The notes: generated by a model from the letters alone, not told the origin. A stretch of DNA of 64,000 nt from a virus (IMGVR_UViG_3300021399_000102:128001-192000), one strand, 5' to 3'; counted from the stretch's first letter, positions 19,612-32,645 are shown. Numbers and translations: made by a program.

Positions 19612-21432
19612 TCAATCTTGCTCATATTGGTATTTGACTTTAATGAGCTTGAGACCCTTTGCAACGATTCTGTTGTTGGCAATCTCGCTTTGAGTGAGTT
19701 CAACTGGCTTCCATACCTTGTTCCTGATTTCAATTGACAAGGCATCGGAAATTTCTTCGGAATCTCCCTCCAACGCATCTTCAGTGAATGAACCAACTCC
19801 ACCAGTATGGCTGATGAAGAAAGAATATCCATCTGGGTCGAGAACGGTATATCTCTCGGTATAGGGGAATGCCCCGCCATAGTCGAACACGCGCCATCCA
19901 TCTGATTCAGAATCAATGGACTCGTCATATTCCTCGCCCGCATCTTCATCTTCTTCGTCTTGGTCGTAGATGCTTTGATATCCAGAATTCACTGCGTCAG
20001 CCAAGTCAGGAGCATTGAGTTCAATGTCAATGATTCCAGCATAGTATCCGGAGGTCTTGACATCAATATGGTCTGCCACAATCTTCTCCCTTGGAAGATC
20101 TATATGCATCCATCCATATCCATAGCTGAATGTGATGTCAAGTTCCTGATTCTCAACCTCATTCCTCAAATCTTGCTCGGACTCCTCGTCGTCTTCCCAT
20201 TGCTTGGAATAGACCACGGTCGCCACACCACCATCAATCTGGGCTGTTGGCGTATCGCCAAACTCATGGGCTTGCCAGAAGAAGTCGTTCTCATAATCCT
20301 CTGCACCAATCTCGTATTCACTAGGAAGGATTTCAACTTTGCATTCGTAATAGCCATAGTATTTGTCCGGAACGAGCTTCTTGCTCAATATCTTCCCGAA
20401 CTTCAAGCCCTTGATTGTCACGGTATAGCCAGCGCCAGCTCCTTCCTTCACAAGTTTCTTGGATTCTTCCATGTTGGAGTTGTCCAAATGTACTGTCTCT
20501 CCCACATCCAATTCCTTCAACTGCTTGGTTGGAATATCCTTGAGACCATATGTTTGAAGGAATGCATGAATATGCGTCAAAGTAGTTGTAGAGAGGTAGT
20601 CGTTGAGAAGCGAGAAGTCTTGTCCGTTTCCACCTTCACATCTTTCAATTCTGGCAACCGGAGTGTCGTATGAAAGGAGCGTGAAACCATCTCCATCGTC
20701 CTCTACATACGCCTTGCGTCCAAATGAGGCGCGTCCATTTGTGGGTTCAAGTTCGCGTCTCATTCCCTCGTTATACCTCATTCCGAGTCCATCGTCTTCC
20801 ACCAAACCTTCGTCTGTCCAAAGCAACCAATCCTTGACTCGCTTCTTGTCCCTTTCGCTGGCTTCGCTTGGATAGACATCATCAACACTATATCCAAAGT
20901 AGTCCTCAATCATTCCAGAGAGGTTCATTTCCCCATCACCTTCGTAGATATATGAAGGAACTTTGATGTATACACTCGTTGGCAAGCCTTCCGGTGGCTC
21001 ATCACCTTCTACATCCCAAGCAACGGAAACACGAAGGAAGGTATATTCCTCGTCGTTTGCGATTCTGTCATTGAGTTTAGATTCTTTAATTTTTTTCATG
21101 ATTTTGCTCTCTTTTTTGCAGTTGTTGCGATCAAGGACGAGTTCACCAATCCTTATCAGTTTGCCAAGATATGAATTCAATCCAGCAAGGGAAGTGCGTT
21201 TTCCAATTCCAATCGCGGTTTTCAGGTCTTCGTCTGCGCCAGGTATCCCATCATAGGAGTCCAGAATGTCCTTTGCCAGTATGTCCAAAATATTGGCGTT
21301 CTATGTGTTCCCGCCAAATTGCATCTGATATTCGTACCATTTGCGAACATTCTCTATCGTCTAGTCGTTCAGTTGCATGCCTTCAAGTGGCATGTCTCGC
21401 AAGCTCTCGTTGAATCTTGATATTGTCTTCAT
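19612..21432 (-). CDS. large acidic multi-module late protein with 2 in-frame TAG; possible head-internal protein
   Basis: Extends upstream of the track ORF to MKTISRFNES through two TAGs. GTAAATA at 21441-21447. Confidence 0.75.
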
Positions 21433-21458
21433 GATGTTATTATTTACAATAAACACCA

Positions 21459-22454
21459 TCAAAACATCGCTGAGGCCTTTACGCCAATGACAGTTACATA
21501 TATCTCAGACTTCGCGTTCTGAGACATGACATTGAGATTGAGGTGCATGAGGTTCAGCTTTGATATGACAATCTCAATGTCCTTTGCCTTGGAGGTTGCC
21601 ACAAAGCTTCGGCAGGTGGTTGCCAATGAGTCCAAGATGGTCTTGTTGCAAAGGAACACGAAGTTCAGGGCAGTGCTGTTGATTGGGCAGATGTCCTTGT
21701 AGTTCTCTGCTGCGAACGTAATCTTGCCAAACTCCACACTCACCTTGTTTCCAATGTTGGACTTGACGAGCTTTTGGTTGTCAGAGATTGTGGCATAGAG
21801 GGTGTTTGTCAATGGGTCTTTGATTACGTCATCTTCAATCTTGGCTTGCTCTGGCGTCTGAACCTTGATGGAGCTTTCTGTGGTCTCTGACAAGGTGGAC
21901 ATGAGATCGTTGATTTCACTGAACTTGTTGGCATTGACCGTGGCAGTCATCAAGAAGTTTGAGTTCAAGTCCTCAAGGTTGGCCGTTTGATGGACGACAT
22001 TGCCATATTTTGATGGAACCAGAACCTTCTCGATGTTTCCAAGTTGGCTTTCCATTATGGCGTTCGTGGATAGCTGGAACTTGATGTTGTATTTGGGCGA
22101 GGCGATTCGGATATAGCTTGCTTTGTCGCAAACCATCAACTTCACCTTACCTGAACTGAACAACGTGCTGTCCTTGATGTCGTAGTATTTGCCAATGTTC
22201 TTCAACACCACTATGAGCTTCTTCACGTTTGGGATGAACAACGTGATGTTGTCAGGACAGCCTTCTTGCTCTTCCTCAATGTGTATTGATGATGTGAACA
22301 AGTCAGACTTGCCAGTAGCCCACTTGTTGAACATCGTGGTTTCCTTCAACCCAATCGTGGCTTGGCAACATGAAGCTGCCAAAGTCGTGTCAAATGTCGT
22401 CAATGCGCCGAGCAGTTGCTCGAAATCCTCTACCTTCAACTTGAATTCTGCCAT
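21459..22454 (-). CDS. hypothetical protein, possible sliding clamp (T4 gp45-like)
   Basis: 331 aa. Size, replication-gene context and an alternating beta/alpha pattern fit, but there is no diagnostic motif. Confidence 0.4.
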   Translation of the reverse strand: MAEFKLKVEDFEQLLGALTTFDTTLAASCCQATIGLKETTMFNKWATGKSDLFTSSIHIEEEQEGCPDNITLFIPNVKKLIVVLKNIGKYYDIKDSTLFSSGKVKLMVCDKASYIRIASPKYNIKFQLSTNAIMESQLGNIEKVLVPSKYGNVVHQTANLEDLNSNFLMTATVNANKFSEINDLMSTLSETTESSIKVQTPEQAKIEDDVIKDPLTNTLYATISDNQKLVKSNIGNKVSVEFGKITFAAENYKDICPINSTALNFVFLCNKTILDSLATTCRSFVATSKAKDIEIVISKLNLMHLNLNVMSQNAKSEIYVTVIGVKASAMF

Positions 22455-22473
22455 TGTCTATACGCCTTTCCAA

Positions 22474-23166
22474 TCAGTATGAAGCAACCAACCAAAGCCT
22501 GTCTTCGGTGTCCATCGTCTCCTTTACGACTTTCCGTATGTTCTCCTGGTAGTGCTTCACGTCGATAAAATCAACAAATGGATCATTCACCTTCAAGTCC
22601 TTCAGACAATCGCCCAAGATTCTATATCCAATCTTCTGGGAGAAGTAGCCAATCCATTTCGCAATTCCAAACTCCAACACCTTGCCATTCCATTTTTCCC
22701 CCATTACCCAAACCCTATATGGATCAATCTCCCTGATGAAGTCCCCGCATGGCTTGAGTGGCCGATTGTCCCTTCTGCACTCCTTGAACAAGTCATAGAG
22801 ATTCCAAGAGCAAGAGTCGAATATGGTTGTTCCAGGGAGCTTGTCGCAGTCGAAATTCAGGTGCGTGTTTCCATCTTCGTGGCCAGAGATTGAATCCACA
22901 ATCCACCTCAAATAGACATTGAAGTCTGAATCGCGCATCCGGACGAGGCACTTCACGAGATCTTCTGACCCCGATACATTCTTGAGAATGTCATCCTTTG
23001 TCAGGGTTTGGCACTTGTCCTTGAGTTCCTTCCATTTCTCTGCCCTCTTCTCCTTCTCGTCCCCCAAATACCAGCAAAATCCACTTTCTATGGCTTCTCT
23101 CAATGCGTAGATTTCCTCAAGGTCTATGCTTTTGGGTGTGCGAACCACTGACATGTCAAGTCCCAT
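22474..23166 (-). CDS. hypothetical protein
   Basis: MGLDM start and GGAG RBS. Confidence 0.75.
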   Translation of the reverse strand: MGLDMSVVRTPKSIDLEEIYALREAIESGFCWYLGDEKEKRAEKWKELKDKCQTLTKDDILKNVSGSEDLVKCLVRMRDSDFNVYLRWIVDSISGHEDGNTHLNFDCDKLPGTTIFDSCSWNLYDLFKECRRDNRPLKPCGDFIREIDPYRVWVMGEKWNGKVLEFGIAKWIGYFSQKIGYRILGDCLKDLKVNDPFVDFIDVKHYQENIRKVVKETMDTEDRLWLVASY

Positions 23167-23292
23167 TCTCGTCTCTCCTAATTTGTTGTCTATTCAATTA
23201 TACACCATCTTGGTTGTTGAATTAAGCGTTTACTTCCATTCGTGGGAATGGTATAATTGAGAAGAACTGCAAGAGGATTTCACAGACGACCT

Positions 23293-24816
23293 ATGGCGAA
23301 TTACAATGGCAAATCAAATGACGTGTTCAAGGAAGAATTGTCGAGCAAGACCCTTGAACTTATGTTGTTTCGGGAAATGATTGTCAATCAAGAGTTTCTT
23401 GGGAGACTTTCAGATGTGGTGGATTTCAGATGGTTTCGCACCCCACACATACGCTTGATGGCAGAGTTTGCAGTTGGATACTTCAGAAAATATGGTGGAT
23501 TGGTCTCAAGGGACTTGATTGAGTCCATGATTCAGAGAAGGAACGAGAATCAAGTCATTGAAGCGAACAAGATTGACCTCAATGTTGCATTATACGACTT
23601 CAACAAGGCGAAGGAGCTTGACCTTGGCTCAATGGAGAAGTCAGCACAAATCTCCAAGATTCAGGAGTACGTGAAGCAAGAAGCAATGAGGAATGCCCTT
23701 CTGGATTCAGCAACAAGCCTTGAAAGCAAGGACACAGATGGGTTGATTGAGAATACCCTCAAGAAGTTCGACGACATTCAGAGGATTCTGTTCGAGGAAA
23801 TAGATTTTGGCGTGGAGATGTCAGCAGAGGAAGTTGATGCATCGCTTGAAGACCACATCGACTTTCTCACAAATCCCTCAGCGAGAATTCCCACTCTTTG
23901 GGGATGCCTTGATGATGTCACCCACGGTGGATTTTTCAAGGATGGAAAGTTCTTGGGGGTGTTCATGGCTCAGGCTGGCCTTGGAAAGTCCAACATCTTG
24001 GCGAATTTGGGCTACAACTTCTTGAAGCAGAACCTCAAGGTGGCAGTGATCTCGATGGAGATGAGCCAGAATGTGTATCTTCGCAGATTCGACTCGCTCA
24101 TATCCAAGATTGACATCGACGAATTGGGGTTGTCCAGCATGGTTGGGCAGTTGAAGGAGAAGGTTGAGAGGTTCTACAAGTTCGACTATCCGGGTGCAAG
24201 GCTCAACATCAAGGAGTTTCCACCCAACAGCAAGTCGGCGAAGAACTTGGAGCAGTATGTGGAGGAATTGGTGGTGGCGAAGGGATGGAAGCCAGACGTC
24301 CTCATCATAGACTACCTCAACCTGCTCAAGCCAAATGGTGGTTCGTCAAAGGGTGATGCCTCACTATATGAAGATGGCAAGATTGTGTCAGAGCAACTTC
24401 GCGCATTGTCATATCATCTTGAGATTCCAGTTCTCACAGCAGTTCAGTGCAACTCCAGTGGCTTCAACACAGCAGACATTGGAATGCAGAACATCGCTGA
24501 ATCCAGGGGCATTGCCCATACTGCCGACTTCATCGCTGGTCTATATCAAACCGAAGACGAGCAAGTTCAAGGCGTGTTCCACATGAAGATATTGAAGTCC
24601 CGTCTTGGCGAGAGCAAGAACTTGAAGTTTGAGTTCGACAAGCACACGATGGAGTTCAGAGACATCAATGACGTTGTGGATACCAATGAAGCGAAGGAAA
24701 TTGTCGCAAGTTCCACAAACTCAAACCTCATCAAGAAGTCACTTGGATTGCCAAAGTGTCAAGTTGATGACATTGAAGCAGACATATTGTTCAAGAACGA
24801 CTTGGGGATGCCGTGA
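23293..24816 (+). CDS. DnaB-family replicative helicase (T4 gp41-like)
   Basis: AQAGLGKS, ISMEMS, IIDYLNLL, TAVQCN, AESRGIAHTADF, LKSRLG. Confidence 0.93.
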   Translation: MANYNGKSNDVFKEELSSKTLELMLFREMIVNQEFLGRLSDVVDFRWFRTPHIRLMAEFAVGYFRKYGGLVSRDLIESMIQRRNENQVIEANKIDLNVALYDFNKAKELDLGSMEKSAQISKIQEYVKQEAMRNALLDSATSLESKDTDGLIENTLKKFDDIQRILFEEIDFGVEMSAEEVDASLEDHIDFLTNPSARIPTLWGCLDDVTHGGFFKDGKFLGVFMAQAGLGKSNILANLGYNFLKQNLKVAVISMEMSQNVYLRRFDSLISKIDIDELGLSSMVGQLKEKVERFYKFDYPGARLNIKEFPPNSKSAKNLEQYVEELVVAKGWKPDVLIIDYLNLLKPNGGSSKGDASLYEDGKIVSEQLRALSYHLEIPVLTAVQCNSSGFNTADIGMQNIAESRGIAHTADFIAGLYQTEDEQVQGVFHMKILKSRLGESKNLKFEFDKHTMEFRDINDVVDTNEAKEIVASSTNSNLIKKSLGLPKCQVDDIEADILFKNDLGMP

Positions 24817-24848
24817 AGACATTGTTGGCGATGTCATTTTCCAACAAT

Positions 24849-26231
24849 TCAAGTATAAAAATTGGAAACAGCAAGTCTTCTGCAGGTCGGAACCAATATA
24901 GTGGACTGGACCCAGTTTATCCCATCGGTCGAATAGAGAGTTGGGTTGTTTGCGTCCCTGTATTGATGTACATTCGCGGCCTATGAACTTGAATTGATTA
25001 CTGAACGAAGAGCTAACACAAACATGCTTCCAGTAAATATAAGATGTGCTCCAGAAGTCTGGACAGTAACCGTTGGCTACTGTGATGAATATTGCGTTTC
25101 TTTATCAAATGTCACTGTTGGCAGTTTCTTGACTTGTCTCCATCCAGAAAGTAGGTTTCCATTTGCTGTTTTTGTATAGATATAGTCCTATGCGACAAGA
25201 ACATAAACGCCATTGCCTTCCACTATACGCACCCTGTAATGATAATCCCATTCAATTGGTATTGAGTTCCCATTGGTGTCAGTTGGGTATTGGTCATATA
25301 CCCATGAAATGCCATCTGAACCGAGTGTTCCAATGCAAAAGCAAACGGTGTGGTAGTGCATAGAATCTATCGAAGCACCGGCACATACTATTTGGTTGTT
25401 TATTATTGTGCAACTGTTGTAATCGAAATTGGTAGCAGATAGACGATTAAGTGCGTTAGTGAAAGTCTATCCCCCATCAATGGAGAAGTCCAATTTCCCT
25501 CCACCACATGTATGCATGACCAAAAACACGTCTTTCATCTCGTTTGATACGGTTATGCGTCCGTAGCAACAATCTTCAAACACATCAGTAGTCATGTAGA
25601 CATCTGTCCCAGCAGTGTTAAGTTTAGACCGTGTCCAATTTATTCCATCGGTGGAATACCATGGACCCACGTAGTCTCCTGCTGTTTCCCCTGGATAAAC
25701 TGGATCGCACACAACTATGTATCTTGGTGAGTTTTCGTACAGTCCACCACAGCAAAATACCATTTTCTACATTTTTGTATTGCCATCTATCCAATTTATT
25801 CCATCGGTGGAATATTGGGGTCTTGCGCTGGTTCCAGTAGTATACACAGTACGTATGAACTTTCCTTCGGGTCCAGACCAGCACACGCTTGATACTGGCA
25901 ATATGCTTGCATCTTCACTATCTCTCCAATTGAAGTTTGTTTCAGTTGCGTCGCCAACATATTGGGTTGCTCCCATCGTGCTGCTATCATATCCATTTAT
26001 TCCTGTAGATAGACCGAATGCTCCAACAACAGTACTATACTATCTCCATATGGCATATAATGTCGTGTCTCTTGGAAAACCGGCTTCTACATAATCGCCA
26101 TCTTGGTATTGCACATTGATGGCGTTTTTATCTGTATTCCAACCCATGAAGTCGAATCCTGGACGAACAAATGTATTTGCGTTCAGTTTTGTCTTCAAGT
26201 TTCTCAGTGTTCTTTGTGTTTGCTTCGCCAT
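24849..26231 (-). CDS. tail fibre / receptor-binding protein with Asp-box-like YSTDGINW repeats; 6 in-frame TAG
   Basis: Continuous 460-aa frame if TAG is sense. YSTDGINW occurs three times, with an N-terminal InlB-B-like repeat. Confidence 0.75.
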
Positions 26232-26245
26232 GTTGATATTTGTCC

Positions 26246-27151
26246 TTATGCTATCTTTATATCCAATTTAAGTATTTTCATAGTTACAACATCAAACTGG
26301 CTCTGTGTCAAGTTGTAGCCAGTTGGTCCTTTGTAGTACAACCGGATCACATTGTCTCCAGTGGTTTTACTTACCAATTTGCTGTTCAATCCTGTCGCCC
26401 CCAAAGCCTTGAATTCTTTGTATTGGGGAAAAGACGATGGATACTAAAGCTATACCACATAGTTTGTATTTGGGCAAAACCTGATGCCAAACTAACTATA
26501 TGTGTTACTATCTGCGTCATTGTTTATAACAATCCAATTGTTAGAAGTTTGGGTAATTCCAAACATTCCACTGCTAACACCACTACTAATTGCTGTGAAG
26601 TAATTTCCACCTGTATTCAGGTTGTCGTTGATGAACTATGTTATTTGTTGTGGCGTTTGGTTTTCAATCGTAACAATCCCAGATTCCATTGTATTTGCAT
26701 ACACAAGTGGTACGATACGCAAGGTATAGGAATATGACGTAGTTGTAGGATTTATTTTTATGACAGATCCAGATCCACAATAAAACCCTACATCCGAAAA
26801 TCGTGCCGGTACCGAAACAGAATCCACAATACAAGGTACACTAGTGGAGTCACCACCATTAATATTTGTGCGATAATACCACACAAAGCAATCACACGGA
26901 ATGGTAACCGATTGTTGCGAAAGTATTGAACCTACCGTAATCGTAGATCCCCAATCCGGGATATTTCCATTGTATATGTTCCCGCTTGTATTTCCTAAGT
27001 TAGATATTCCTATTTTGGATCTCAGACTTGCAATGGATACCTTCTTCGACCTATTTGTTCTTTCGCTTGTGTCTACGATGTATAGGATGTCATCGTCGGC
27101 GATGTCATTTTCCTGCAACTCGGTCATTTCACTTACTTTTATGTTTGACAT
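26246..27151 (-). CDS. tail fibre-associated protein; 4 in-frame TAG
   Basis: N-terminal MSNIKVSEMTEL...ILYIVD...SKKVSI motif. Reads through to TAA at 26246. Confidence 0.7.
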
Positions 27152-27167
27152 TATTTGTTTCCCCCTA

Positions 27168-30100
27168 TTATTCGACGATTATGTTATCGTTATTTTCTGC
27201 TATTATTGGAATGTCGTCCTCTGTGACAAGAAACTCATCCCCATCGTTTGAGTCGAATGTCAATGTCACAGGATCTTCAATCCACTTTGCATACAACGTT
27301 TTGTCTTCTGCAAAATCGCAGATGTGTGCGTTTTCTCCAGACGATGTGTAGTATTGCACTCCTCCTCCATTTGGGTAAGAGTAGTATCCACCAAAGATGT
27401 ATCCTGTCCTCGTTGGTGGGGTTATGGTTGGCATTGCCTCACCATAGGTTGCTGTCACGCCTGATGTTCCACCAGTCCCGTTTTGCCTATTGAATGTCAC
27501 TGTACATTGAATGGCTTGCCATGTAGGAGTCATTGTAATGTCACCGAATGTATTGGCAGGAATGTACAATTTTTCGGGGTCAGTGCTGATCACATAAGGA
27601 CTTGTACCACTATACCCAGAAAATGTCCAACCAGATATTCTATATCCTGTTCTTTCAGGCAATGTAATTGATATGTTGCTTTGCAAACTTGAAGATTTGT
27701 AGTAGTGGTTTGGTGTAGTGAAGCCAGAAGAACCACCATTTGGATTGACAGTTATTGTATATCCATTGCGCCACCAAGCATATAATGTATGGTTATTCGG
27801 TGTAGTTACCGTGGTACTTGAATCCACCAATGTCCCAGATGAAGTGTCAGACTGGGCTTCTGTATACCACCCACTAAACAAGGTATACTATACATTGGTT
27901 GTTGGTGTTGGCAATTCTCCATATGGAGAACCATATGTAACCAACTTGGATGTGGGGGATACCGAACCATGTCCTGGATTGAAGGTCACGGTATATTTGG
28001 GAGATTCCCAAACAGCATATAAATCAACTGTCGCTCCATCTGTTGAAGTAAGATTCTTCACACTTTGTCCATTGTTGTATTCTTTGTTTCCATCTCTGCT
28101 CTTTGCCCAACCTTGAAACGTGCTGCCTGTTTTGGAGAAACCATTTGGACTCAAGCTCTATTCAATGCCATATGTGAAGTTCTATGGATCCATAGTCCCG
28201 GTTCCACCATTCGGGTTGAATCTCACCGAATAGGTGTTTGGTTTCCATTGTGCTGCAATTGTTACCTATCCATCATTCAATTCTGTCAAGTTATTGAAAC
28301 TCACTGCACCACTTGGACTTCCATTTGCGCATAGCATTGACGAAGATGTTATGATATTATTGCACGATGATATGGATGTTCCATATTTTGCGGTAGTTGT
28401 ATTCAATCCACTTTCCACACACCAACCCTTGAACTGGTATCCTGTTCTGACCAAGGCGTCAACAAGAAATGCGTTGTCAAATGTTGCAGATATGTCAGAG
28501 AGAGTCCCACCATATCCATTGCTTATATGCACAAAATATGTGTTCGCCTCCCAATTTGCGATTATCTCCATATCCTCTTCTGGGGCAATATCAGAGGAAA
28601 CAACTTTCCTTTCCAACGTCTCATCATCAGTATACCAACCAGAGAATTGATATCCTTGTCTCACAGGAATTGGGAAATCTCCAGATGGGGTGTTTCTTTC
28701 GTAACTAAACGCCTGCCCTGTCCAACAACTCCTTGTCTATGGAACATCATCCTCAAAGTAGCCCAAGTTCGTATTGAAGGTAAGTGTCATCTTTCCATCC
28801 TTCCAATGGGCATAAAGCGTGTGGTTGCTTGGAGTTGTCACTATTGTGCTTGACTTTACTTCAGAACCTCCTCCCTCACGTGTGAACCATCCAATAAAGG
28901 CATAATCGTCGTGAGTTGGCGTTGGCAATGTTCCATATTCCTGTCCATATGTCACTGACTTTGTTTGATGCTCAACATTCCCCTCTGTTGGGTCAAATGT
29001 CACGACGTAATTGTTGGCAGTCCAATGGGCATACAATGTTGTTGGTGCTGATGGTTGATATTCCTGTCCAGAACCATCTATCTCGATTCCATCATTGTTC
29101 GGGGAAGTCCACCATTTGGTGAATGTATATCCTGTCCTGTTGGCGTTTGGCAAATATATATTGCCCCAATTTCCCCATTTGGCATACAATGTTATGCTGG
29201 TTTCTGTTGTCAAGTTCTTGACATTCTATTGGTTGTTGTAGATCTTGTCCCCGGCGGCGCTCGTCGCCCAACCCAAGAATTCCCTATATGAAGTCAAACT
29301 GGATTCTGTTGGATATCCACCGTTTCCGTTGAAGCTTACCACCAAAGAGTTAGAGAACTCGTTCTATCTCAACTTCTGATATACATCGTATGTGAATGTC
29401 TGATCTTCCATCGTACCAGTTCCACCGTTGGCATTGAACTTCACGATGTATATTCTGATATCCCAATTCGCCACATAGGACTTGTTTCCTGTTGAACCTG
29501 TTGGAATGGATACTTCGGTTTGTGGCGTATTGCCATTGCTTCCTGTCCATCCAACGAATTGACGGCCAACATATTCTGGCGTAAGCAAGTCATACTTGTT
29601 TGACTCTATATTATAACTTGCTCTTGGTGTTTGACCAGAACTCCAACTTCCACCATTGAGGTTGTATGATATGGTATAGTTGGTCAAGTTCCAATGTGCG
29701 TAACATTCAAAGCTATGCTCCACTGTCAAGTCACTTGTTATTTGTTCTCCATCTTCTGACCACCAATGGTCTTGGCTATATCCTGTTCGGTTTGCTATTG
29801 GAAGCGTACCAACTTTAGAGCCATATTCCCTCTCTGAGGTAAATGTCTCGCATCCAGGATAGTTTGGATTCCAAGTGATTGTGTATGTATCGGCTATCCA
29901 CTGCTCATACAAGTTCAAGTCGTTATATACCTTCTTTGTTGCAAATACTTGATCACCATCTGTCCTTGCAGTAAACCATCCCTTGAATGTATATCCCTAT
30001 CTTGTTGGGTTTGGTGGAAGTTCCCCAAGTCTTGCACCCTGTCGTATTTTTGGGTGGCGTCCAGATTCACCATCCCATATTATGTATGGGGCCGTTTCGT

Positions 30101-32645
30101 TTTCTTTATAGAATCTAATGATATATTCAGGAACTTCTGGCTTGTTCCAATGGGCATAATATGTTACGTTGTCGTTTATTACCTTCCACGATTCGTCAAT
30201 CTTGCTTCCCTGATTTGGTCTATGGTCTGTATACCATCCATCAAATCCAGTAACCATTTCTGGAAGTTCATCCGGAATTGGAAGAAAGCCAATCTCATCT
30301 CCATGATTGTATGTCCTCTTGAAAATCGTGTCTGAACCCCCAAGACCACAATTTGTGGATGCGCAGTTGTATTTTGCAGTATGTTCATTGACATTGAATG
30401 TCACTGTATGCTTGATTGTCTGCCATTGTGCGGTATAGTAGGAATTTCCCTACACAATGTCGTTTCTTACATCAGTGTGGTTCTTTATGCTTCCATCCGG
30501 ACATTTCCATCCAATTAATTCATATCCTGTTCTCTCTGGTTTCACGGGAGGAAATGGATATTCACCAATAGTTTCGCCAATAGTCTTTTCACCCGCCCAG
30601 TTTCCATATGGGTCATGTCCAGCTGGCTTGAACATACCTCCATTTCCCAAGAAGTACACTTTGCACTTGTTGTCCTTCGGCTCACCTGTTATCTCGCGTT
30701 CTGCGTCAGTAAGTTCAGTGCACTCCCAAATATATACCTTCATGTAGGGGGGCAAGTTGTCGTGGGGCAACGTGATTTCATTTTCCTTTTTGCTTGGATA
30801 TTCAAGAGGGCTTATTTGATAGTTCCTGTTTGTGTTCTCGATTTTAACAGAGTTTCTTGTGTCACTGCTTGCCAAGGCTGTATTGACGATTTTCGCGTCG
30901 CCTCCCTTGTTCTTTGCCATCCACTCCTGCTCTCGTGTCGTTATTTGACTTTCGTTTGATGGTAGAGTTTCTGAATGGGAATGGATAGGTATGTTGGATT
31001 CCCTCAATTCCACATATTCCTCGCCAAGCTTCTTACCTGGGATGTCTATAGTAATATCATATTCCTTTACATGTGATTCATCCCATGCTCCTGGACTATG
31101 ATGTTGTATGAATACATAAACAACATTATTATATCTTACCAAGTCCCCAATCTAATATTCGTTTGATGTGTTAAATATGGATATTGTTGAAATGTCCATA
31201 TTGACTCCCCTCAAGAAGTTCTCTATTCTGCGCCAAGATTTTCCACCATAGTTTGCTATGACCTTTTGCTCTGTGTCGTCGGTGTATGATATTATGATTC
31301 GTCCAATGTAGTTCAATGGTGGAACTGACTTGCAAAGTTGTTCAGCAATTTCAATCTTCTCTTCTATGGCATCCAAACGCTTGGAAGCTTGGTTGTACCA
31401 TTGCATGAATTCAGATACTGGCATGAGAAGACCATCAAGAAGCTTCATCAACAATTCATTCATCGAGCCATCTTTGGTGGAAAGTTCCTTGTTGGTCTTG
31501 TCTGAGAATATGTCAAGGAGCATTTGCAGTCCCTGACGCCACAGTTGGATTTGTTGCTTTCCATCATAGGCTATTCTCAATATGCAGTCATGTGGAGTAA
31601 GATTCTCTTCAATGTAGTCCGGAAGCTCGCACACCATTGCTGAATCGTATCTGGATTCTGCTGCGCTATTTTGCCTTTTTCCGTCTTCGGCTTGTCCATC
31701 TCGGATTTCGGCGATTCGCTTGACGATTTCTTCGTATGTTTCAGTAGATTCAGTAAATCCTCTTATGGTTGGTTGATTTGCATCCCAATATCTGACGTAT
31801 ATGTTCAAGGAAGGTGGGACATTGTTGTGTTCTTTCTTTGGATTTCTCCAATCCAATATGTTCTGTCCCCAAAGTGGATATGTCAATGCTTCATTTGTGG
31901 CGTGTTCCAAAGGGGTTGCCTTGCCTCCAATAGATGGTCCGTATTTTGTACCCTATGCCACCAACTCCTTGCTTCCAATCGTGAAGTCTCCAATCAATTG
32001 TCCACCACCAAACTTGTCAGAAAGAGGACCAGTGAGGGTTTCCGCCATTGTGTCCGGGTGTTTATGCTGCAATGGGAGACTGCCAATTGAAACGTCGTCT
32101 AAACCACCAATTGTGGCTTTGTTGGAATCCGTGGTCTTACACCATATTTGACCAAGTGAATAGGACATATTTCTGTAAATCGGGCCAAATATGCTATCGT
32201 CAGAAGGATTCAATTTCCAAGTAAGTTTCCTTGTGTTGTTGGATTGAAGTTCAACTGCTCCAGCATAATCCAGAACACCCTTGCGCCTCAATCCCAATAT
32301 GATGTCGTCTAAGCCATCTTCAAGATTCTTCAATTTCTCATCAAAGCCATTCATGAACGTTCTGGCTTCACTGCTCCTGACATAGTTCTTGAACTTCTTA
32401 GCTATATCAGTTTCATCAACCCCTGATGGACTTATCTTTGGTGGGTTCTGACTATAATCCAACAATTCACCAAATATGGACTCTTTCAACTTCGTGAACA
32501 AATCACTCTATTTCAGAGCCATATATCCTCTGGTTGATGTTGATGTTGGGAAGAACAAGAAGCAATCGTTGTCATTGTCTGACAACGTGAGTTCATGCAC
32601 CGAAATTGGATTGATTCTGAGGTACTCTCTGACGTCAATGTTCAT
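27168..32645 (-). CDS. ~1825-aa baseplate/tail adhesin with many InlB-B (Listeria-Bacteroides) repeats; 12 in-frame TAG
   Basis: Nine track ORFs are co-linear and in frame, separated only by TAG. Repeated PTRxGYxFxGW...LYAxW units and gp10-like HNNVPP/HDNLPPY segments. Confidence 0.85.

Noticed and set aside
24849-32645. Decayed tail pseudogenes or sequencing errors
   Set aside because: All interruptions are TAG, there are no frameshifts, and TAG aligns with Gln in internal repeats.
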